Below are positions 38,941 through 47,311 of a stretch of 64,000 bases of DNA, one piece after another (the stretch's first letter is position 1; the number at the start of each line of letters is the position of its first letter). Origin of the DNA: Candidatus Hydrogenedentota bacterium. GTDB taxonomy: Bacteria; Hydrogenedentota; Hydrogenedentia; Hydrogenedentales; JAEUWI01. The translations under genes and the position numbers were made by a program. The notes under the pieces are model-generated. The model was not told where the DNA came from, ran no database searches, and was given only the letters and a program-made list of their open reading frames with translations. The stretch lies in NCBI GenBank assembly GCA_034669905.1, contig JAXMOL010000022.1, positions 45,007-109,006 on the forward strand, in the 5' to 3' direction.

Positions 38941-41712
38941 TCACGGCTTCCCGACGACCAGTGGCACCAACTCAACCGGCCCCAGCAGCCCCGAATCCAT
39001 CACGGGCCAGTTCGACGCATCAAAGGGTTTGTATTGGATATTGACGATGTTGGTGTCGTGAAATATCTTCCATTCCACCTTGCGACGGTCCATGTCGGCA
39101 ATGCGATTGGCGGCGAGATTGGTGACCTCGATGGAGAGGGTGTTACCGGTGGACTTCAGAGGGCCCTCGATGAGCAACTCGAAGGGAATGGCCCACGCGG
39201 TGCCAAGGTCTTCCCCATTTAAGGTAACCCGTGCGCTTTCGCGAACCGTACCCAGAGACAGACGCCAGGCCGCTGCCACCCCATCGGGCGCATCGAAGGT
39301 GGTTTCGTAACGGGCCGTTCCCCCAAAACGTTTCGCTTCCGCGTCGGGGGCTTCGGTCCAGGAAGCCAGCGCTTCGAGGGTGTACGGCGCTGGCAAGACG
39401 GGGCCCCCTTCGGTAAAGGTAACCTGCCAGGGCCCGTCCACACGCACCGGCTCCCCGTCCTGCTTCCAGTAGGGCCACGCTGGCCCTTCGACCACTCGCT
39501 CGGTATAGGTGCGGAGAAAACAGGACTCGCCCGGTTTCAAGGCAATCCGAACCTGGGTTTGTCGGTCTGTACCTTGTTCCGTCTCGGCAAGGCCACTGCG
39601 CGCATACAGGGCATCCAGCCACACGACGCTTTGGGCAGGCGTGGCGAGGTCCCACAGGGCGTCGACGGGCTCAGCGGTGAGATTGGAAATGAAGTACAGG
39701 TATCCCTCGTCGTGCTTCCGGCGAATCATGGAGAGTCCGGACGTGGCGAGGCTTTCGGGCACGATACCCACGTCATTCAGAGCCGCCAGAAGGGGATACT
39801 GGGGATAGACCTTCCCGCGCCCCATGGGCACTGCAGGCGCCCCCCCACTGGCCGACACGTGCCCTTCCCAGATTCGATGGAGCCCCCGCATACGGTCACG
39901 GCGCTTTTCCAACGAAGCGAATCCGGGCACGTCTCGGGGCACGGGTCCCAGGAAGACGATGGGCGCCCCGAAGCGGGCCATGGTAAAGAGACGCTCAAGG
40001 GTGTTGTCGGGAATCCGGGGCGTGTCGGGCACCACGATCACCCGGTAGGTATTCTCGCCCAGTCGAATGCCGCCTGTATTTACCTCGGCCTGATTCAGCA
40101 GCGCGTCTGAAATATAATCAAAGGCATAGCCCCCTTCGGTGAGGGCCTTCGCGGTCTCGTAAAAGGGCGTGTCAATGAGCCAGTCATCGATATTGTGAAC
40201 GGTCAACAGCTTGCGCAAACCTTCCGCGTCGTGCCAGACATCGTGAAGGGGAAAATAGAGCAGTACGTCGTTTGCGGGGGCACTCCCCTGGAGCAGGGCC
40301 TGACTCCGCCCGATATAGCCGTTCAGTTCATGAAAATCATCCCACCAGGTGTTGGTCGGACCGAAGTGTACGGAGGCATAAAAAAGCCAACCGGGCCACG
40401 CCGCATCGTCCGGCGAATAGGGCGTACCATGATAGAACATATGATTGATACCGGCCGCCAACAGTTGGTCCACCTCTGGCTTGGCCTGCGAGAGGGCCAC
40501 CTGGAAATGCTCGCCGAGCCAGGTGCAGGTTTCGGAAGACACCTTTCGCTTGCCGGTGAGATGGGCCGCCGAAGAGGCAAATTTCAGCATGAGCAAATCG
40601 GGGGGCTCGTTGTCGAAGCTCTCGTCCTTCCGCAGGCCGGGAATGGGAAATCCGGATGGACCGAAGATTTCCGTCTCTGGAATGTCTACCGTGGCGTAAA
40701 GGTCGATCAGGTTCCCCGGTGAGCCGTGGGCCTGGTTGCGCGTAATCATGCCGTGCTCGTGGGTCCAGTTGGTCCACTGCGCGGTGAAGGCCTCCCGCAC
40801 CTGGGCGGCCAGGGTCTCGCGGTAGTCCGACTTCACCCGGGCGATTTGCTCCGGGTCCCCTTTGCCCGTCATTTCGGGCAGGTGGTGTCGAAGGTCGTAG
40901 CCATGTTGGGCCTCAAAATTCTCCCAGAGGTCAGGGGCCCAGTCTCCGCTGTATTCAAAGGAATCGTGAAAATGGGCGCGCAGAGGCAAGCCGTCATAAT
41001 CCGCCATGGCCTCGGAAAAATGCTCGAGGTAGGCCCCCAACGCGGCTTTGGAATAAGTATTCACCGTCAGCCCGGCACCGCCCGGTGCAGGTCGTTTTAC
41101 TTTCCGACCGGAAAAACGATAGTACGCCACGTAGTACGTAGCGGCTCCCGGGACCAATCGGCTTACCGCTCCGTCGACCACCGTGGCCGTTAGATCATGA
41201 ACCGCACCCTCTTCCCCGTAGGCGATGAAGGACAACAGCACACCGTCTTCCGGGATTCCGAGTGAATCGCCCGTGGCCTTTACGTCCACCGTGACGATGG
41301 TGACTTTCATGTCGGCCTTATCGAGGGTGACTGTCGGACCACCAAAGGGCCAGCCCGTGCCGGTGGGCATGTCGACGCCGAGGCCAAGTCGTTGGGCTTC
41401 CCGGGTGGTATGGGCGAGCATGGCCTTCCAGTCATCGCTCAGGTAGTCAATGTGTCGGTCTTCCTGTCCCTTGATACCATAGATGGGCGTAATTTCAACG
41501 CCACCCAGCCCCACCTCGGCAAACTCTTCGAGACTTCGGGTGAGGTTCGCCTCATCCACGGCACTGCCGAGCCACCACCACCGGGTCCAGGGCTTCGCCT
41601 CGCCCGTCACTTCGGGAAACTCGAAGGGACCGACGGCCATGGCGGTGGACAGGGCTGCGAACACAATTGTCACCATGCCGTAGTGGCCAATTCGGTGGAA
41701 AAACATTTTCAT
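38941..41712 (-). CDS. Secreted GH106 alpha-L-rhamnosidase-like glycoside hydrolase
   Basis: KPWTRWWWLG, GGVEITPIYG, GWPFGGP, DSFE, RNQAHGSP and SGLLGPV; AAGGAG RBS before ATG 41712. Confidence 0.88.
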   Translation of the reverse strand: MKMFFHRIGHYGMVTIVFAALSTAMAVGPFEFPEVTGEAKPWTRWWWLGSAVDEANLTRSLEEFAEVGLGGVEITPIYGIKGQEDRHIDYLSDDWKAMLAHTTREAQRLGLGVDMPTGTGWPFGGPTVTLDKADMKVTIVTVDVKATGDSLGIPEDGVLLSFIAYGEEGAVHDLTATVVDGAVSRLVPGAATYYVAYYRFSGRKVKRPAPGGAGLTVNTYSKAALGAYLEHFSEAMADYDGLPLRAHFHDSFEYSGDWAPDLWENFEAQHGYDLRHHLPEMTGKGDPEQIARVKSDYRETLAAQVREAFTAQWTNWTHEHGMITRNQAHGSPGNLIDLYATVDIPETEIFGPSGFPIPGLRKDESFDNEPPDLLMLKFASSAAHLTGKRKVSSETCTWLGEHFQVALSQAKPEVDQLLAAGINHMFYHGTPYSPDDAAWPGWLFYASVHFGPTNTWWDDFHELNGYIGRSQALLQGSAPANDVLLYFPLHDVWHDAEGLRKLLTVHNIDDWLIDTPFYETAKALTEGGYAFDYISDALLNQAEVNTGGIRLGENTYRVIVVPDTPRIPDNTLERLFTMARFGAPIVFLGPVPRDVPGFASLEKRRDRMRGLHRIWEGHVSASGGAPAVPMGRGKVYPQYPLLAALNDVGIVPESLATSGLSMIRRKHDEGYLYFISNLTAEPVDALWDLATPAQSVVWLDALYARSGLAETEQGTDRQTQVRIALKPGESCFLRTYTERVVEGPAWPYWKQDGEPVRVDGPWQVTFTEGGPVLPAPYTLEALASWTEAPDAEAKRFGGTARYETTFDAPDGVAAAWRLSLGTVRESARVTLNGEDLGTAWAIPFELLIEGPLKSTGNTLSIEVTNLAANRIADMDRRKVEWKIFHDTNIVNIQYKPFDASNWPVMDSGLLGPVELVPLVVGKP

Positions 41713-41825
41713 GTTGGAAAACTCCTTGCTGCAGGGGGGTAATCTCATGTTGGGCACCATTGTACCTGCATCGCGTTTCACATAAAACCCTCCCTATCGT
41801 TGGGTGCAGTCCCCGGCCGCGCCCG

Positions 41826-41834
41826 TGTTATAAT
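41826..41834 (+). promoter_or_regulatory. Extended -10 promoter for larE
   Basis: TGtTATAAT about 50 nt upstream of the start codon. Confidence 0.65.
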
Positions 41835-41884
41835 GAAGTTCTAAACAGCAGTCAGGCTTATCCCCATCCCCACAGGTATTCGAA

Positions 41885-42718
41885 ATGTCCACACAGACCA
41901 TTCCCTCGCAGGTACTCGAAAAGGAAGCACAGCTCCAGGCGCTTCTGGCGGGGTACGGAACACTCGCTATCGCCTATTCCGGCGGTGTGGATTCTGCCTA
42001 TCTGTCCTGTATCGCCCATGAGATGCTGGGCGATATGGCCTGTCTCATCCTGGCGGACTCCCCGAGTATTCCCCGGGCCGAAGTGCGCGAGGCCTGTGAT
42101 CTGGCGTGGTCCCGGGGGTGGAATTTGACGGTGGTGGAGACCACTGAGTTTGAGAACGAGGACTTCCTGAAGAACGATGGCACCCGATGTTATTACTGCA
42201 AGACCGAGCTCTTCACCCAGATGGATGCCTACGCCCGGGAGCACGGCATCTCCGTGCTGGCCTATGGCGAAATCACGGAAGACCAACTGGACCCCACCCG
42301 ACTGGGCGCGAAAGCCGCCCGGGAACACGAAGTGGTGGCCCCCCTGGCCCTCGCCGGGCTGGAGAAAGAAGAAATCCGCCGACTGAGCCGGGTGCGCGAA
42401 CTGCCCACCTGGAACAAGGCCTCCTTTGCCTGTCTCTCCTCCCGCTTCCCCACAGGAACCCGGGTCGTGCCCGAAGAAGTCCGTAAGGTCGAGGCCGCCG
42501 AGGAAGTATTGAAGGCGCTGGGCTTCCACCAATACCGCGCCCGGCACCACGACGCGGTCTGCCGCGTCGAAATTGACCCGGTGGACATTCCCAAGATGCT
42601 GGATCCGGCGCTTCGACAGGCCGTGGTGGACGGCATCACCCGGGCGGGATATCGCTACGTCACCCTCGATCTCGCGGGCTACCGCACTGGCAGCACGGCG
42701 GACATGCCTGCGACCTAG
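41885..42718 (+). CDS. larE: ATP-dependent sulfur transferase LarE
   Basis: PP-loop AYSGGVDS, RCYYCK, ACLSSRFP and YVTLDLAGYRTGS. Confidence 0.93.
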   Translation: MSTQTIPSQVLEKEAQLQALLAGYGTLAIAYSGGVDSAYLSCIAHEMLGDMACLILADSPSIPRAEVREACDLAWSRGWNLTVVETTEFENEDFLKNDGTRCYYCKTELFTQMDAYAREHGISVLAYGEITEDQLDPTRLGAKAAREHEVVAPLALAGLEKEEIRRLSRVRELPTWNKASFACLSSRFPTGTRVVPEEVRKVEAAEEVLKALGFHQYRARHHDAVCRVEIDPVDIPKMLDPALRQAVVDGITRAGYRYVTLDLAGYRTGSTADMPAT

Positions 42719-42770
42719 GCAATCGCCCCCGCCTTGTCAGCCTGGGTTCGACCACACACGTTTCTTTAGC

Positions 42771-43031
42771 ATGGACCTCAAGAACCCCGTGTGGATGTAT
42801 GCTAAAGCAGGCCTTTTCCTCCTTATCGGCCTGGCAAGTTTTCTGCTCGTCTGGATGCGCGCGCCCTACCTTTCCACAGCAATACTCCTGGCCTTGATGT
42901 GCTGGGCCTCCGCGCGGGCGTATTACTTTGCTTTCTATGTCGTCACCCACTACATCGACGACACCTATCGCTTCGCAGGACTCTTTGATTTTCTTCGCTA
43001 TGTCATAGCGCGCCGGAAGTCTCGCAGATAA
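42771..43031 (+). CDS. Small membrane hypothetical protein
   Basis: Two TM segments followed by RAYYFAFYVVTHYIDDTYRFAGL. Confidence 0.7.
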   Translation: MDLKNPVWMYAKAGLFLLIGLASFLLVWMRAPYLSTAILLALMCWASARAYYFAFYVVTHYIDDTYRFAGLFDFLRYVIARRKSRR

Positions 43032-43270
43032 CTCGTAAGCCGATACAAAACGGTTCATGGGCAGTTCGTCGGTACCCTCGAAAACTCCCACCACAGAAAG
43101 AAACGAAACCCAACAATCGTGCCGCGCGATCCGGTATTCCCGGTTCGTGCGCAGTCCGGAAATACCACTAGAGCAATCGCCCCTTCGCCTGAACGGGAGT
43201 ACCTGAGCGCGCGGCACATCCGGCACTTGTAGAGTCGAATAAATCCTCCCCACTTATTGCCCATGAACCC

Positions 43271-43304
43271 AAAAAACCACCCCAATCACGTTGGGGTGGT
43301 TTAT
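43271..43304. terminator. Intrinsic terminator after sodN, likely bidirectional
   Basis: AAACCACCCCAA-tcacg-TTGGGGTGGTTT. Confidence 0.85.
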
Positions 43305-43336
43305 CTCATAAACGGACAAGCGTAGCGCTGTATTTA

Positions 43337-44065
43337 TTACTTGTCGGTAAACTCGAAGGCGGATGCGACGAAGAGCTTACCTTCGACTTCGCCAGAGACT
43401 TCGGCCGTGCGGGGCTTCTTGCAGAGTCCGGAAGCGTGGGCATTCACGGGCGTTCCACCCATGAGGTAGGCCGTGCCCGCCACTTTAACGGCGGTCTTGC
43501 AGCCTCTTACGCCCGCAATCTTGTAGGTGCAGGTGGCGCAACCCGCTTCGACGGTCGCCTTGGAAAGCTTCACTTCTTCCTTGTGATCGGGACCGTGATC
43601 TTCCTGCAGATGGGCCAAGGCGTCTTTACCCACGTAGAGGGCGCGGAAGGTCGCCACGCCTTCTTTCAGGCTGGCCACATTGGCGAGATCGGTGGTCTGC
43701 TTCGCCTTCATGGCGGAAACCATGATGCCGTGCAGGGCCTTGAGCTTCTCTTCGTACTTTTCGGCATCGGCCTTGATGCGCTGGGCGAGGAAATAATAGG
43801 TGACGATATCGGTCAGCTCGTCGGCATGGGTTTCTTTGTTGTTGACCCAGCGGACCAGTTGGTTGTAGTTCTTGTCGCCCGCCGCCGAAAGCTCGTTGAT
43901 CTGGTTCATCGACTTTTCAATAGTCGTAATATGCTCTTCCATCATGGTGAAGCGGGTTTCGTCACCATAGATACCGCAAGGAACCTGGCAGTGTGCCGAT
44001 GCGAGTTGCGCGGGCACCATGGCCAGGGCCAACAGGGCGAGGCTAGCGGTGAATTTGATCTTCAT
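43337..44065 (-). CDS. sodN: Nickel superoxide dismutase with Sec signal peptide and an extra C-terminal Cys/His domain
   Basis: Ni-hook HCQVPCGIY directly after the ASA cleavage site; NQLVRWVNNKE and YFLAQRIK; AGGAG RBS. Confidence 0.92.
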   Translation of the reverse strand: MKIKFTASLALLALAMVPAQLASAHCQVPCGIYGDETRFTMMEEHITTIEKSMNQINELSAAGDKNYNQLVRWVNNKETHADELTDIVTYYFLAQRIKADAEKYEEKLKALHGIMVSAMKAKQTTDLANVASLKEGVATFRALYVGKDALAHLQEDHGPDHKEEVKLSKATVEAGCATCTYKIAGVRGCKTAVKVAGTAYLMGGTPVNAHASGLCKKPRTAEVSGEVEGKLFVASAFEFTDK

Positions 44066-44278
44066 GATGTGTGTTCTCCTGCATAGGTTGGATTGTGTGG
44101 GATACGGCGTCAGGGCGGTAACTGGAAGCCCGCCCCATTCAGCGCACGCCGTATGGCCGCAACATGTAAATGGAATCTCCACTCTACAATTCAGCAAGCG
44201 GTGGAAACAAGCTCACCTGCCGCGAAAAATTTCCCTAACCATATTAAAACAAGGCGCAAATGACCGCTTTAGGTGACT

Positions 44279-45814
44279 TCAGCGAAGGAGTATCAGGGTG
44301 GTGGCTTCATACCAGGCCGCCACATACAAAAATACCGCCGCTATGGCCACCGTGCCGACCAGGGTCAAAAAGGCCCGGGGCAACTGGCGCGCGGCCTCTT
44401 CGATAACCGGGACCTCCGCGGCCTTATCCCCGAGGTACCAGACCTGCACAGGGGACCAGACGAACCGGGCGGCTGCGATAGCCCAGACGAGCATCCCAAA
44501 GGCTGCCAGCACGTACGGGGGCAGTTCCAGTGCCAGGGTAATGGCGTGATAGGTCATACCCGACGCAGTGCCCGACCAGACGGGTGCCATGGCAAAGCCC
44601 ACCACCACGAAGCTGGCAAAGGTTTTGAGCACCCCCACGCCAAGCAAGAGCAGTGAGGGCAAGGCCCCCAACATGACGGTCTGCATGATGAAGTTGTTCT
44701 GGAAGGTGGCCTGGGCGGCGCGGGGAATGTTACCCGACTTGTAGGCATCGCCCACATATTGGAGCCCCCCTTCAGTAAACTCATGGGAGGCAAACTCCGT
44801 AAAAAGGTAGTTCATCTCCACATCCTGCATGCCCACGGCCATGGCCCAGAAAAAGGCACCGAACAGTGTAACATGGAGACTCCAGAGCAGGCGGCGTCGC
44901 AACTCGATCTCCTGGAACACCACATTGAAAAATCCAAGGTTCCATAGCGTCAGATAGCGAAAGAGCCCCATGAAACAACAGGTTGCGCCAATCGCCACCA
45001 CCAGCAGCGCCCCCCACACCCCCCAGGCGATATCTCCACGGGTCATGGGCTGACCGCCGTAGACAACGGGCAGCACGCTGTCTCCCTCTTCCTCTGGGAC
45101 GGGAATGAGCTCGGCGACCCGCGCTGCTCCGGTCAGGTGAACCGTTCCCGTGTCCATGCTATGGGAAGCACTCAAGGCCGTGCGGAGCGCTTCGTCCTCC
45201 GGCATGACAAAGGTCTTTACAAAACCCGAGACATAGGGGTGCAGACGCCCTACCACCGTGTAGGTCACCCCATTCAGTTCCAGGGGGCGCTCAGAGAGCA
45301 ACGGTCCCGCCAGGACTTCCGGCTGTCCGGGAACCGGAAGACGTCCCGAATCCAGCACAGGCTCAAATACGGTAGCATCCCCGGCAAACATGACCAGCCG
45401 CGCACGGGGCAGTAGGGCCTCATCCAACATATCCGTCGAAGACAGGGCCACCACAGGCGACTCCTCCCGCAACTGTTCCGGGGCCTTCTTTTCCAGGTCA
45501 ATCATGCGCAGAAGATCACGTTGCACCGTCTGGGCAAGTTCGCTGTCCCCCACGCTCTGCTGCGGTGTCAGTTCCCAACTCCACACCGTGATGGCTTCTG
45601 CATCGTCTATCGTGTAATCCACCGTGCGGATCGCCCCATGCCACGGTGTCTCCGCAAGCCAACGCTGCTCCACGGCATCCAACACAAACAACCCAATCAG
45701 CGCCATACCGATGAGCAGAAATCCGCCGCCACACAGACGGAGGGTAGATTTCTTTACCGCCGCGGCAACGGGGCCCCGTTGTTCTACTTCACTCAAATCA
45801 ATTCGTCCCTTCAT
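44279..45814 (-). CDS. Membrane protein with an extracytoplasmic domain and a C-terminal SpoIIM-like multi-TM domain
   Basis: N-terminal TM; GRLPVPGQPEVLAG and YTVVGRL resemble ABC-permease periplasmic motifs; FQNN, HAITLALELPPY and AAWYEA resemble SpoIIM. Confidence 0.65.
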   Translation of the reverse strand: MKGRIDLSEVEQRGPVAAAVKKSTLRLCGGGFLLIGMALIGLFVLDAVEQRWLAETPWHGAIRTVDYTIDDAEAITVWSWELTPQQSVGDSELAQTVQRDLLRMIDLEKKAPEQLREESPVVALSSTDMLDEALLPRARLVMFAGDATVFEPVLDSGRLPVPGQPEVLAGPLLSERPLELNGVTYTVVGRLHPYVSGFVKTFVMPEDEALRTALSASHSMDTGTVHLTGAARVAELIPVPEEEGDSVLPVVYGGQPMTRGDIAWGVWGALLVVAIGATCCFMGLFRYLTLWNLGFFNVVFQEIELRRRLLWSLHVTLFGAFFWAMAVGMQDVEMNYLFTEFASHEFTEGGLQYVGDAYKSGNIPRAAQATFQNNFIMQTVMLGALPSLLLLGVGVLKTFASFVVVGFAMAPVWSGTASGMTYHAITLALELPPYVLAAFGMLVWAIAAARFVWSPVQVWYLGDKAAEVPVIEEAARQLPRAFLTLVGTVAIAAVFLYVAAWYEATTLILLR

Positions 45815-47204
45815 TCACCTGCAAGTGGGTTACGGTTTCGTGAAACAATTCCGTAAAGTAGGCCTCCACGTTGGGGCCAAACCAGCTCATAGCGCCCGTC
45901 TCATAGTTGAGCGGCGTCTCAAGATAGTATTCATCGGGCGAGAAATAGCCACAATAGGTGGCGCAAAAACTGAGGGTCCAGAGATCGAGACCCTGTGCCG
46001 CCGCCCAGGCCTTCCACGCCACACTGGTCTCGCCACTAAAGTCGAAAGGCATCCCCACGAAGAACAAATCACCCACACGCACGCTGTGAATCCACCCTTC
46101 TCGCTTCAGTCCGATGAGGCGTGCCGCAACAGGTGACAGGCGCCAGTGGGTATTGTCTTCCAGAGGGCGGACCTGAAAAGGCGGCATGCCCACGGGCACG
46201 CCCACCGAGGCGATATCCAGATGCGTATTAAATACCAGCGCGTCGTCATTCGCGAGAATCAACTCCGCCAGGCCCTGTCCCATGGCGACCACTCGACTCG
46301 CGGCATCTTCTGCCTGGGGTGCCTGGGGGCCCATGGAGCCCACGGCACCGCCGAGATACTGGGCGTCATGGCGGGTCTCGCCCTCAATATGACGCATAAG
46401 TTCACCGGGGTACTCGGCACTGAATTCCATCATGTCGCCCCCGAAAATCGTGGGGTGTGCGGAAAAACTACTCAGATAGACGGTATCCCCATCCTCCTGC
46501 CGGACCACCAGAAAACTCAACTCCGGGTCTACGGTGCCACCGTCCCGCATCCGATTGCGGATATAGGCTTCGGCGTCCACACTCCCCGAGGCGAGGGCGG
46601 CTGGCTCCAATTGCTGTGCCGCTTCCACGATGGCATCGCCAAACTGGGTGACCAGAAATTGCACCAGCCCCGGATCGAACTCACCACCCGACAGGCGTGA
46701 GGCCAGGCCCGGCATAAAGGCACCGGGACCACAGTGGGTATGGCTCGCGTTAAACAATACCTGATGGGCATCCAGTCCGGCTTGGGCGGCCACGTCGTTC
46801 CGCACCGCGTCAGAGAGATTGGGCGGAATGATGAGCATGTCGGAGCCCACCAGAACGACCGTATCCAGTCCATCGCTGAGCGCGAGGGCACGAACATAGA
46901 GGTCATCCCGCACGCCCTGAGATTCTTTCCCACCGGGCCGGGCCGAATACCCGCCCATGGGCGTTCCCACGGGGGGCGTAATGAGGCGCTTGGACCAGCC
47001 CGCCTGCAATTTTCCCGGCTCCGAGGACAACGAATTCTGCGCGGCGGTCGCCGCAATGGCCGCCTTGGCCTCCCGGTAGTATCCCTGTTCTGTGTAGTTG
47101 CTGTCGCCGTAGGTGGGCCAGGGTCCAATAATCAGGACAAAGAGTACCGCCACCACGACGGGCGTCGTCAACAAGGCAATGAGAATTTTCTTTTTTCTGG
47201 ACAC
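45798..47204 (-). CDS. Neutral/alkaline ceramidase N-terminal-domain family hydrolase
   Basis: ITPPVGTPMGGY, DDLYVRAL, ASHTHCGP, FSAHPT and SAEYPG; GTG start with GGAGG RBS. Confidence 0.85.
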   Translation of the reverse strand: MSRKKKILIALLTTPVVVAVLFVLIIGPWPTYGDSNYTEQGYYREAKAAIAATAAQNSLSSEPGKLQAGWSKRLITPPVGTPMGGYSARPGGKESQGVRDDLYVRALALSDGLDTVVLVGSDMLIIPPNLSDAVRNDVAAQAGLDAHQVLFNASHTHCGPGAFMPGLASRLSGGEFDPGLVQFLVTQFGDAIVEAAQQLEPAALASGSVDAEAYIRNRMRDGGTVDPELSFLVVRQEDGDTVYLSSFSAHPTIFGGDMMEFSAEYPGELMRHIEGETRHDAQYLGGAVGSMGPQAPQAEDAASRVVAMGQGLAELILANDDALVFNTHLDIASVGVPVGMPPFQVRPLEDNTHWRLSPVAARLIGLKREGWIHSVRVGDLFFVGMPFDFSGETSVAWKAWAAAQGLDLWTLSFCATYCGYFSPDEYYLETPLNYETGAMSWFGPNVEAYFTELFHETVTHLQVNEGTN

Positions 47205-47226
47205 GTGCGCACACCTCCGTAGACAT

Positions 47227-47251
47227 AAAAAAAGCGCGCCCGAAGGCGCGC
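47227..47251 (-). terminator. Intrinsic terminator after the Na/Pi cotransporter gene
   Basis: Minus strand AGCGCGCC-TTCG-GGCGCGCT followed by a T-run. Confidence 0.85.
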
Positions 47252-47311
47252 TGATTATCATACGTGACAGGGTTTCCAGATTAAAGTTCCCCCAACGGGG
47301 AGCCGAATCGC

